In this document: in pieces, positions 38,092-49,167 of the stretch
How the letters are laid out: each line of letters begins with the position of its first letter
Numbering within the stretch: position 1 is the first letter of the stretch
From: Podospora anserina
Lineage: Eukaryota
Assembly: GCA_017654855.1 (NCBI GenBank)
Contig: CM030336.1
Coordinates: 2,604,001 to 2,668,000, forward strand
DNA length: 64,000 bases
Direction of reading: 5' to 3'
The notes under the pieces: generated by a model
What the model was told of the DNA's origin: nothing
Database searches by the model: none
Seen by the model: only the letters and a program-made list of their open reading frames with translations
Translations under genes and position numbers: made by a program

Positions 38092-39156
38092 GGTTGACGC
38101 CGCTGAGAAGACGTTGATGATATGTTTGCCTGAGCACAAAGAGACGGAGGAGCAAAAGGCACAACATCCATCAGAGAATAATTAATGGACTGTGGTCAGT
38201 TGACCTTTATACCTTCGCTTCTATCAGCGGCTGCATACAGTGATGATCAGTTTCTACCGCCACTCCAATCATCAAGATAGCGATGTTTCACGAACCGGTA
38301 TGCTGCAAGCCTTTCTGAGGACACTTCTAATTGGTTCATTTTCCCGACCAAAGTGCATAATGACCGGCGAGTGTCGGGAAAGGACCTTCAAGCTGATCTT
38401 ATCGCCAGCCGTCTCCCCTGGTTTTTCAAAACTGGCCCCGCATCCAACGTGATCCCCGAAAGTCGCCTAGACAGACTGGAAGGAATCCCCCTCGTCAACG
38501 AGTTCGGTCCTTCTACGACGACTGGGTCGATGCCATGGAGCAAACCGAACGTGACACCCGCGCTGAGACCCTCGACCTTTTTGAACACTTTTCTTCTGGC
38601 CCTCTACAACCGTCAATGCTCTCCAACTTGGGAGCTGCATCACCACCCATCTACAAATATCCAGGCCGGATTGATATGTAAGCTTTTGAGACTGATCGCC
38701 CGTGCGTGTCGTGGATGGTAAAAATTTGGAACAAGTGGACTGAGCACCGGACGAACCGACAGCGGGATGTCGCCTTCAGTTTCAGTTATGATCTTCTTCA
38801 GCCGAGCTTGTAGTGTTTCCTGCGCTCGTTATGGTTACTTTCAGCCCCTTTCGTGAGAATCTAGCCGATGTTTCTTCCCCTTTCAAATCCCAGCCCTTCT
38901 TGGCAATAAACAGAGTTCCGTTCCGGTGAACTGAATGTAGGTGAAGGTTTTGCAAACTTGATCAAGTTCCACTCGCACCTCCATTTAACACGAAAAGTGT
39001 GGGAAATGGCGGCGCCTTGCCACACAACTGGTGACTCAAGTGGCTGCCCAGTGCTCCAAACCTTTCTTTGCCCCTAGTAGAAAAAGGCTTGCTTCCCGCC
39101 TACTTAACATCGCACACTCACGCTTTGGATACAAAACAAGAGACCGCGATCAAATA

Positions 39157-39422
39157 GTAAGGCCTTCGAAGATAGTTCACACACCTCTTAGCCATCTAAC
39201 AAGGCCTATTGTCGATATTTAACGCCTATTTACTATCTTTCCAGGCATATCAACCATCTTATTAAGGCCTTCAAAGATAGTTAACACGCCTCTAAAACAT
39301 CTACTAAGGCCTTCCGACTATCCTCAAAGGCCTATCATACATATTTAACGCCTATTTATTTTATTTGAAGGCATTTAAGCCATCTCCAAAGGTCTTTCGA
39401 CTATCTTTTGAGGCCTTCGACA
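39157..39422. repeat. Largest AAGGCCT/ACTATCTT minisatellite array with higher-order duplication
   Basis: Repeated AAGGCCT units; 39160-39208 resembles 39264-39312, and ATATTTAACGCCTATTTA occurs twice. Confidence 0.7.
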
Positions 39423-39424
39423 AC

Positions 39425-39965
39425 ATGAGTCCAGGATGGTGGGGATGCCCCATTTGTGGTTAGCGTACCTACGTTGAACGAAACCAGCCATCTTGGCAGA
39501 ATGAGTTCCGTGGTGGTACGAGCCGCTATTAATGGACAAAGACTGATAGCTGACATCGTGCTTGTGTATCCAGTATGGAAAGATCTCAACAATGGCCAAG
39601 TCACGGTAACTGGGGTTGGCATCTACGACGAATCCGAGGACTTCATCGCTCCGGTGGATTTCAATGCTCGATACGATGACGACGGATAGGACAAGCCTAG
39701 AGCCGACGAAGTTTTGCTAGAACGGAAGGATCCCATCCAGGGCAGGTACGGATTTGCCATGCACGTTGCTTGCTGGGCGCTACTAGAAGAAGGAATGGGG
39801 CCCGTCAACACCGTCCCTGTCAAGAGAGTATTTCAGATTCTCGACTCGCTTCCTGAAAGACTAGGACTTTTCCAACTTGATTGGGGCATCGGTTACGGAG
39901 CCAACGAGGCATGCCTTCCTTGGGAGCCTTGTCTTCATTTGCAGTCGCCGGGCGGCCCACCATGA
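39425..39965 (+). pseudogene. 5' part of fungal F-box-associated (DUF7600-type) gene, pseudogene
   Basis: CPICG*, W.NEFR, TGVG, FIAP.D, GRYGFAMHVACW, DWGIGYG; in-frame stops; paralog at 60926-62638. Confidence 0.6.
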
Positions 39966-40518
39966 TCTTCTGAGCCAACCGCTCCAGCTGCGACTGATGT
40001 GAGACGCAATGATGATACAGCTCGCGGGGCCCGCGCCAACCGAGATCATATCGTGGAGCGTGTCAAGGCACTTGTCGATATCGTGTGGCTACATCATGAA
40101 GTTCAAGAACTGGTTTCACCTTGGAATGAGGCCTCTGAGGCTGACGACACACGTTGGCGCATCTCCCACGTGTCTCTTCAGTGCAGATGAGGTCACGAAT
40201 CAGTTCACAAGCTGCAAATCACAAAGGCAGTCGCACCAAATAATGTAAATCAACGCAATCTCATTGGTCTCTGTACGCCCTAAATAGCTGCCTGTGATAC
40301 CTTCCCTTTTCAAAGCGATACGAAAAGTAAAAAAGCAGCGCGAAATAATAAATCCCTGATGATATCCCCAAACGCCTCCCATGCACGGTTATCCCGGGGT
40401 ATCATTCCATCCTATCCCATATCCCATGTATCCTCCCCACCAAACCCATCAAACAACGCCGACTAGAAAAACCAACGAAGCATGCCGTTTACTCAGCCTT
40501 ATCAGCAGGATATTCATG

Positions 40519-41597
40519 CTACTCAACAGTCCTAACAGGCAAGCAATAAGCAATCCCGCTGCCCAACCTACGCGTGGGGGTGTTGGCCGCGGAAGTGGGG
40601 ACGGCAAGCGGCGAAGTAGCAGTCATCTGGCTAGCCTCATCATCCGCCATCTCGGCGTCGTCACCCGCGCCGTCCAGCTTCGCACGGGCATCATCCTCCT
40701 TCTTGATATCCTCAGCTTTGGTGGGAGTAGTCAACTGCAACTGGCCCAACTGAGGGAGACACTGCTCCTCATCAGAAGCGGTGACAAGGCTCGAGTTGCT
40801 GCGGAGATCTCGCATGTGGGAGACGATGTTGTTCAACTGTAAATAGTCGCCACGTTAGTGTTTGAACAAATTGCAAAGAGCGCGAAGAGACTTACGGATT
40901 CATAAATCATATCCAACCCATCAGGCCCCTGTCCAGCACCATTCCCGACAGGCACAGCCGTTCCCGCAACCTTCTTCCGCTTCTTGCTCTGGTTAGCCAC
41001 GCCGGCAGCAGCAGCCATGGCCGCCTTCCGAGCCTTGACATCCTCCGGACTGCCGCTGAACTCAGGATGAGCCTTGACCTCATCCTTAAAAGTCTTGAGC
41101 TCGAGCTGCATCTGATTTAACCGACGGTTAATGCCACGAATGCGCTCGAGAGTGGGCTTATTGCCGAGGAAGATATCAATCTCTTGCTCCACAGCAGCAG
41201 CGACTGACTTGGTGAACTTGCGCTCCAGGCGGTCGACGGCGGCATCCTGGCGGGCGATACGGCGGACGAGGAACTGGATGGCGTCTTCGGGGGTCTGGCA
41301 TTGATTGGTCTGGAAATCGGGGATGGTTAGTTAGTATTGGAGTGAAACCAGACGGAACAGATGAGTGAATCGTCTTACAATGAACGTGTTCGCATTATCG
41401 ACAAAGGTCTGATAGCGACGGTTAAAGAAGCGCGCCTCTTCCTCAGTCATCTCCTCATCCATGTCGAAGAGGGGGCGGAGAGGCATGGCGTAGGAGCCGG
41501 TGGGCTGGGCAATCGGGCGAGGCTCGCTCTCGCGGTTGAGATTCTCTTTGTGAGCCTCGAGGTACTCATCCAGGGGGATTGTCTTGCTCAAAGGCAT
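40519..41597 (-). CDS. Hypothetical coiled-coil protein with basic NLS-like KKRKK, 3 exons
   Basis: GTAAG..CTAAC..CAG introns join ORFs 41331-41597, 40833-41192 and 40519-40836 in frame. Confidence 0.7.
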
Positions 41598-42791
41598 GAT
41601 GAGGAGTAGAGATAGGTAGACTGTGGATGTAGACGAAAGAAAGAGAGTAGAAGAGACAACTCGCGAGTGCAGAGGGAAGCCGAAGAGCTTTGAGAAGGCA
41701 AAGGATGTGAGGAGGGTTTGGTGAAAGGTTGAACGGAAGAAAGCTGTGAAAAGGAGGAAGAATTTATAGACCTCTCAGGGAGCAGAACCGTAGCCAGGAC
41801 CCACTCTGGTGACTATTGTCAAGTGAATGGAATGAGGCAGTGACGTAGGGAAGCAATATCGCAATCAAAGGTTGAAATCTCTTCACTCGGCTGCCAATGC
41901 TTGCGTAGAAATCCAGTCAGGGGCGGTGTGACTTGGTGACTTGGGACGAAAGGAACGAATATGACGGAGGGAAGAAGCGTACTGATGGATGTGTCCTGGG
42001 CCTTCGAGAGAGATCACGCAACCAGCAGTGTAAGACTTCATAGTTTCCCCAGAGGAAGGAAGGGGGCCTCGAGATCAGACGAATCGATGGCTCTAGCTCC
42101 AGATCAGACGAATCTAGTCCATCATGCTGGTTGACGCTCTTGGCACCGATCAGCTTGAGGAGACCTCCTTATCGTCTTACTATCGAGGTATGCAGCCGGT
42201 CCGGACACGCCATAGCAGAGATGACTAGAACTACAAAGTAGATTAACACAGGATAGCATACCAAACTATCCCTTATAAGATATATACTACCTTACCTTCC
42301 CTGTGGGAAGGATGTCCTTTTGCTTCCACCATCATACTCCCCTCACCATGACCAGGTCCTCAATTCTCGGCCGCCAAGATGTCCAGGCTGCCCGGTCTGC
42401 CCTTCCTGCTCCTTCAATTTCTTCTCGGGCTCCTGATTGTTCACCTCAAACTCCCCATTTTTAAGCGCGACAAGCCCTTCTACGAGTCCCTCGAGGGATT
42501 GGTGGTAGCTACGACCGGCCGATACCAATGCCGCTCGTACGCCAAAACGCAAACAAAATGACAAGACAGCTACTGATGACGAAAAAACTGTAACTAATAA
42601 AGAATGTATAAACTGAAGTTGCGCCGTATCTCGGGGTTTGGAAGCCAACCCTCTACCGTCCAAGTTCTACATCAACAGAGAGAACGAGAAATGGATCGAC
42701 AAAGCGATTTTTGTGGATCTCAAGAGTCAAAAGAAATCTCAATTCACGTCTACCAAACCCTCATCTCTACCAACCACCATCAACCACCCCT

Positions 42792-43598
42792 CTACTGCGA
42801 ACTCCCCCCACTAATAGTCAAAATCTGCCCATTCACCCACCCGCCATCCTCACTACTCAAAAAAGCCACCACCCTCGCCACATCCTCCGGCACCGCGCAC
42901 CGTCCAAGCGGGCAATGAGCAGCCATCAACCCCTCAATCTTCTCCTTCCCCCAATCCGGGCTCCCCCCGGGAATATAATGCCACGCATTCTCAGTAAACA
43001 TATCACTCTTGATCCCCCCCGGCGCAACCCCATTAACCGTGATCCCCTTCACCCCAAAGTCCGTCGCGAAACTCTTCACCATCCCAATAACCGCCATCTT
43101 GCTAGCATTATACAGCGCATGATCCTTCACCCCCAACAACCCAGCCGCAATGCTTGTCATGAGAATCAACCGCCCGTTCCGCTCCAGATGCTTGTACGCC
43201 GCCTGCCCGACAAAGAACTGCGCGCGCGCATTAAGATTAAAGACGTGGTCGTACTTCTCCTCGGTCACCTCCTCCGTCTTGTCCCAGGATTCAGTCCCAG
43301 AGTTGGACATGACAATGTCGATCTTGCCAAAGTGCTTCTTGGCTTCCGAGAACAGGCGGTTGATCTCGCTGACTTTGGACACGTCGGCCTGGATGGCGAT
43401 GGCCTTGGCGCCGTTCTTGTAGCTCTCGATCTCCTTGACCACCTCGCTGGCCGGGCCGGCCGAGGAGACGTAGTTGACCACAACAGAGGCGCCGCGCTTG
43501 CCGAGCTCGAGGGCGACGCCGCGGCCGATGCCGCGGCCGGCACCGGTGACGAGGGCGACCTTGCCTTCGAGGCTGGCGGTGGGGACGGCGAGGACCAT
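42792..43598 (-). CDS. Hydroxynaphthalene reductase-like SDR (4HNR/Arp2 family)
   Basis: TGAGRGIG, MSNSG, HALYNASK (YxxxK), PGGIKSDMFTENAWHYIPGG. Confidence 0.88.
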   Translation of the reverse strand: MVLAVPTASLEGKVALVTGAGRGIGRGVALELGKRGASVVVNYVSSAGPASEVVKEIESYKNGAKAIAIQADVSKVSEINRLFSEAKKHFGKIDIVMSNSGTESWDKTEEVTEEKYDHVFNLNARAQFFVGQAAYKHLERNGRLILMTSIAAGLLGVKDHALYNASKMAVIGMVKSFATDFGVKGITVNGVAPGGIKSDMFTENAWHYIPGGSPDWGKEKIEGLMAAHCPLGRCAVPEDVARVVAFLSSEDGGWVNGQILTISGGSSQ

Positions 43599-44438
43599 GG
43601 TGGTAGCGGTGATAAGGGACAGTAGGGTGCTGTAAGTGATAAGACTGGCTCAAAGGGAGAAAGGGTGTGGTTAATGGTCAAAGAAAAAACAATAAAAAGA
43701 CAACGAGAACCAAGAAACCAAAAAACCAAAGCCGGGCACTGCCTTTATTTCAATTCACCATGTACATGGACATCCCTTGACTCACGTACAACCTCCTCCC
43801 CTTACTCTTACAAAAACGCCGGAGTTATCAAACCAAAAAAGTACCGGGCCTGCTGCAAATCACTACCCTCACGGTAGTCCGGACCTGCAGCCTTTTACTT
43901 CGGGGCTTCCCCGCCCCACTCCGCCCGCACGCTTTGTACAACGGACTATGCAACGGGATTGCCCCGACCCCTAGTCCGGACTGCAACACCAAGTGCGACG
44001 GTGCCAAGATCTTGGTTTCTCCAGACTCTAGTCAGAAGTTTAGTTTCTCATGAACAGCCGACTGGTGAGACCCCCTTTGAACGTACAGTGAGAGTCCAAA
44101 AGCGGTGGAGGGGAATGCCGATCCGTCTGTGTCTCCCTCCCTGGCGGAGCGTACCATGGTCAGCATTCCGTGTATTCTGAGTTCTGACTCCAACCCAGCG
44201 CCACGGTAAGAAAAGCTGACTGCATCCGTCCGCGGGCCCAAGACATGTCAATCCTCGCGACTCGGGAAGAAGCAAACTGCCAGCAAAGATACCGGACGGC
44301 CGCTGTTTATAAGGCTCCGGTGCCCATTTCGGTCCCGAACATGACAAGGTCGGCAGACACCAAGCACCAAGCACCCGAATCATGTCCTCGGTGAGCGTTC
44401 CCCTCCTTTATCCGCCAGTTGTCCGTCCGTCAACAACC

Positions 44439-46579
44439 TCACTTCCTCTTGAAATAATCCCCCCATAAATTCCTCACCTCCCTCACAATCCCAAACCTAT
44501 TTGCCAGCATCCTCCCCGGGTTCATCTGCCTCGTCTGTGCAGCCTTATTCAGCGCCTTCCTTCTCGCTGCCTCCTCGGGCGTCTCCAACCAAATCTTTTG
44601 CTCCTCCACCACATTCTTGACCGTCCAACCCCTCAGCCCAGCCGGTAGTTTGTGGTCAACTGGCTGCGCCGGTTTGGGCGCCGGAGTCTCCCTGAACAGC
44701 CATTCACAATATCTCTGCGCCTCCACCTGTTCCTGGTTTTGCGGGTCCACGCCCTGGATGTTCGTCTTGCTTCGGAGAAGGTTCTCAAGCTGCTCCATCG
44801 TCGGGCGCATGGCGGGAACATGAAGCATGCACTGATTGATCAGCTCGCGGAGGTCACGGTCGATGTGCTTGAACTTCTTGTCGTTGAGGATGTAGCCACC
44901 AAAGCCATATGCGGTCGTTTCGGTGCCGTCGAGCATTTTGATCGTCATCTTTTCAGGCGAGGGTGGAAGTTCTGCGTGACAGAGGGACACCATTTGCCAG
45001 ATTACCTGCGGTAGAAAAATGTTAGCTGGTAGTTACATTGGTGATGATCTCCCGTTGGACTCACAAGTGCGATTTGATACAGGTTGGTCCACCAGTTGAA
45101 ATTTCCAGCCGTCTCGGATTTGATCGTTCTTGGGTTTCCGTTGATGTAATCCCATTCTTCAGAGAATTGTTCCTTTCCTTGTCAGCAGTAAGCCATGTGG
45201 ATCATGTCCAAAGGGGCCCTACAGGTGTGTAAACTGATTGTTTGCCTCTGCCTCTCGAATTCCAGTAGTCCCAGGCGCTGGTATTCCCGTTGTAGATGTG
45301 GATCAGGCCCAAATCTGCAATCTAAAAGATATCAGCATCACCCAGAATACCAGAACACCAGGGGAGGGATAGCCTACTTTAGTCAAAGGAGCAAGGTTGT
45401 GCTCGTTTGCATCGAACTCATCAACCAAGACTATGGACATTTGTTAGACATTCTATTGTGACAAGTAGAGGAGGGTCGTTCTAACTATTCAATGGGTCGA
45501 TGTCATAATGGACCATCGTGTCTCTGTTATCGTAGGGCTCGAGTGGTCTGAGACCTCTTGCTGTTTCAGATACTTCGGGGACCGGTACTTTGCTCGGGTC
45601 GACGTCCCAAGGCATAAAGGCTTCAGGATAGGCCATCCCTATCACACCGCGAAATACTATCCTAGAAGTCAGTGTCAGTGGGGATATTTCAGCTCGCAAA
45701 CTTACAACAATCAAACACTTGCCACAAAACCAGAGTCGGGAACGGCCTCCTGGTCATGGCAGCCCGGCAGATATGATCGTCCAACCGGCCACGATTCATA
45801 AACTGAATAAACAGCACCCTCTGGTTCGTATCCAGCTCTTTTCTCGCGTCTACTTTCATGTCGTGTTTGATTTCGTTCAAATCCAGCTCCTCAAACTCGC
45901 CAATTGGCACCGCCTCAATCACTTCGAAATCATCATTGCCATCGCCATGCTTGGGGTCACGTTTGCGTTTTCTCCCCCTATTATCAATAGACGTAGGCAT
46001 AGTCATATCCACCCCAGCCGCTGTCTGCCTCGCTATATTTCCCAGTCTGTTGATCGCGGCATCAGATATACCCCCCTCAGCCTGCAGGATAACCTGCTGC
46101 ATGACGTGTTTCGCGCCCGCGGTCATGAGATGGGCCTTGACCTCACGGGGGATACACGGGTAATGGGGAAAGATGTCAATCTTGCACACGACCCGTAGCA
46201 TTTTGTTGTCCTTGCCAACGGCGTCGTACATACTGGCCACGCCCAAACCACCCCAGCCAAGAACCTTGACCAGCCTGAAGTCAGCAACCGCCATAGTCGC
46301 AGCTAGTCTGTCGTTGGCCTCCAAGGCAGCCTGCCTGGTCTGTCCAGGACCTGCCTCGTCCCACACCTCCTGGATTTTGTAGACAAAGTGCCTTGCGTGT
46401 TTGTTTTGGTAGCCCTTCCATTTCCCAGGCTTGGGGACTTGCATTCTCATCAATGCCTCGTTGCCGGGCTGACCATAATTCAGTCCTCTGCGGAACTGGT
46501 CGAAGTAGTCTTGTCGCTGCCGCTGCATGTAGCGGAAGGCTTTTAGATCCTTGATATCCTCCGTCTTTTGGTTAGCCAT
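44439..46579 (-). CDS. Divergent fungal Ser/Thr protein kinase-like protein, 6 exons
   Basis: VLGWGGLG, VVCK, MVHYDIDPLNIL, IADLGL, YTPEQF, C..P.MRPT; five GT-AG introns splice in frame. Confidence 0.8.
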
Positions 46580-47303
46580 GTTGGGCGAGCTGTAGGTTTT
46601 TTCCCTTGATTTTCTCGGTGTTGTGAGGAAGATGCTGTGTCTATTCCGATGACCTCGTTAGCCATCCTTGAGGATACATTTTGGGCTTTTAGTCGTGGGT
46701 GTAACCTGTTCCATTGACAAGGTCACAAAGGGCAGCATTTGTCAGCCGCGGCCATGGTGCAAGGCCATCTTCTCAATGGCCCTCGAAAGGGAGTCGCTGA
46801 ACCGACAAAGCCCTTTGGATGACCCATCCATTTCCGGAAGGCGGGCTTAGATGTTGATGGCTGTCGGGACATGATGGTCGGTTGATGGCCGGGTGATGGA
46901 AGATAATTTTAGAGATGAAAGGTGAAACGCACAGCATTCTCCAACCCCACACAGTCTGTGAAACAGGAGAATAGGCAGCGCCTGCAGCAAAAGTTACCCT
47001 GGCTCTTGCCATATAAAATGACATGACGTCTCTCACCCATGATCTTATCTTATCTAATCTCCTAGCCCAGAGCTAACACAGGGCGGCGTTGAACCCCTCG
47101 TCTCTGCCCTTGTCTGACTTTGTCCCCTCTCTCTCTGGATATTGGATCCAGGAAAAGGGATGTGATACGATGAAATAATCTCCGGGACCCGGCTGACATA
47201 TAACCTCACCTCAGCCGAGTGTTGCCCTCCCTGATGCGGGGTTGTCGGTCGACTTGCAACATCTCATTCCCCATCTTCTCTCCTCAGCAATTGCAGAACC
47301 AAC

Positions 47304-48127
47304 ATGTCTACAGAACAGTCCTAGACATTGGTAAGATGATACGTGTCACACATCTTTCTGAGTCACTTGGATTGACAGTACAGCAGGCGCCAATGGAGGC
47401 ATCGGCTTTCAGCTGGCCACCAGGTTCTTAAAGGAAGGCTACAAAGTCTTTGGAACATACCGCCCACAGACAAAAGACGATGTCTCGGTTGCTGAGGTGA
47501 GGTGGGGCCGCCCTCAAGCGACAGCCTTGCTGTTTTTGATCCTGACACTGAGACAGCTCGAGGGAACCGGGGTGCAAAGCATCGAGCTGGATTATGCCAA
47601 TGAGGAGTCCATCAACCCCGCTGCCAAGGGGTTTGCTGGTGAGAAGCTGGACATTCTCATCAATTGCGGAGCCATATACAACACCTAGGACGAGAAGCCG
47701 TTGACCGAACAGACAGCCGATGAGCCACTTCAAGATTAATGTGGTAGGCCCCGTTTCTCGCCTCCGAGGCATTCCTCCCGGCTCTGGAAAAGGTAGAAAA
47801 TGCAAGGATCATCACCATGTCGTCCGACTTTGCCAGCGTCGCGGACAACACAGGAGGAAATGTCTGCTACCGCATCTCTAAGTTTGGCGTCAACCAGCTC
47901 ACTCGGACCATGGTCATTGACCTGGGGAAGCTAGGTTCCAAGATCAAAAAGTTAGCTGTCCACCCGGGATGCCTCCAAACCAAGATGATGGAGTGGACGG
48001 GCGACGACAACATGGACGAATGCATGAGCAGTCTGGTCTCGGTGGTTGCACGGTTTGGCACTGCCTCGGGCACGGACCTTCCAATGGCGGATATGTGAAA
48101 TGGAACGGCGATATCATGGCGTATTAA
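47304..48127 (+). pseudogene. CsgA/C-factor-like SDR pseudogene
   Basis: GANGGIG, LDILIN, YRISK, AVHPG, YVKWNG; in-frame TAG stops and frameshifts. Confidence 0.75.
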
Positions 48128-49167
48128 TGGCCGTCATCGTTCAGCCTCGTACCTAGAGAGTTGTCGAGGAAACCTTGGTAACCACGGGAGTGCACGAAGC
48201 AAGGCCAGGTGCGGCCAGGGCCCCGGACAAGCACCAAGGCAGCGATCAAAAGTGATGTGAGCCAAGACATGGCGAGGTGACCCTGCAGATTTCTGGAAAA
48301 GACACGCATTAGCACCCATCATGGCCCCCATGGAAATCTGCATCTTGATTTGGACTCCACTGGAAATCTCATCAAGAAATGAGAAGACAATTGCTGCAAA
48401 TAAAAAAGAGCGCGCGGCAATGGGACACGGGGACTGTGCCAGCACTGGCTAGGTGTGGGCGACTGGACTGGACCGTGTGATTTTAGCGGGGAGATCTCAG
48501 TGGTGGAGCGCTAGCGGCGGCAGCTAGTGAATGGAGCAACCTGCGGCCCAAACAGCCAATGGAAAACCTCGGTTCGGCAAGACAGAGAGCCATTGTTCGC
48601 TGTTGTCCCTGGCAACGCCAAGCACCCGGCAAGAAAACAAAGCTTGGAACAGCGATCATGGGCCCTCGTCGTCCCAAGCATCCCGGCAGAGCAACCGTCT
48701 GCTGCAGCAAATCCATACTTTTGCTGCAATTCCCCAACCTCCAGATTTTTCCCACGAGACCTTCAAGCATCTTGCCTTGCCAATTCCAGCATCGCTCGCC
48801 TGCTTGCTTGCCTCCCAATATACACCAAGCCCGATTCGCGATTCGCGACATCGCGACCCTCACCGCCGCCCAGGCTCATCGCCGGCGCAACAGGTTTCTT
48901 TTTCGCGCGCACCTTCGCCGTCGACTGAGGTCGACAGCGACAGCGCGGCTCCAACTGCCCCTGCCCGCCTGCTGTTCGGCTTGCGCTGAGAGGTAGGCAC
49001 CTTGCTCTCTTGGTCCTGGGGCCAATGTTTACCCCGGTGGACCCGCAGAGCCACGCTGGGCAAAACTGACAACGCCAATCATCCAGTCTCGATACCATCA
49101 TCACCACCACGTCGTGATCTTTTCACGGGATCTATACACCACTCTACACGCGACTTCTACCGTTGCA

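Noticed and set aside
39157..39422. CRISPR-like interpretation of the repeat array
   Set aside because: Eukaryotic context, degenerate adjacent units without unique spacers, and no cas genes.
42072..42114. 14-bp direct repeat AGATCAGACGAATC
   Set aside because: Only two copies and no associated structure.
36238..43598. Secondary-metabolite cluster (P450 + naphthol reductase)
   Set aside because: No PKS/NRPS/terpene synthase in the window, and unrelated genes intervene.
42711..43729. Overlapping ORFs (304, 154, 120 aa)
   Set aside because: Shadow frames of the GC3-rich SDR gene.
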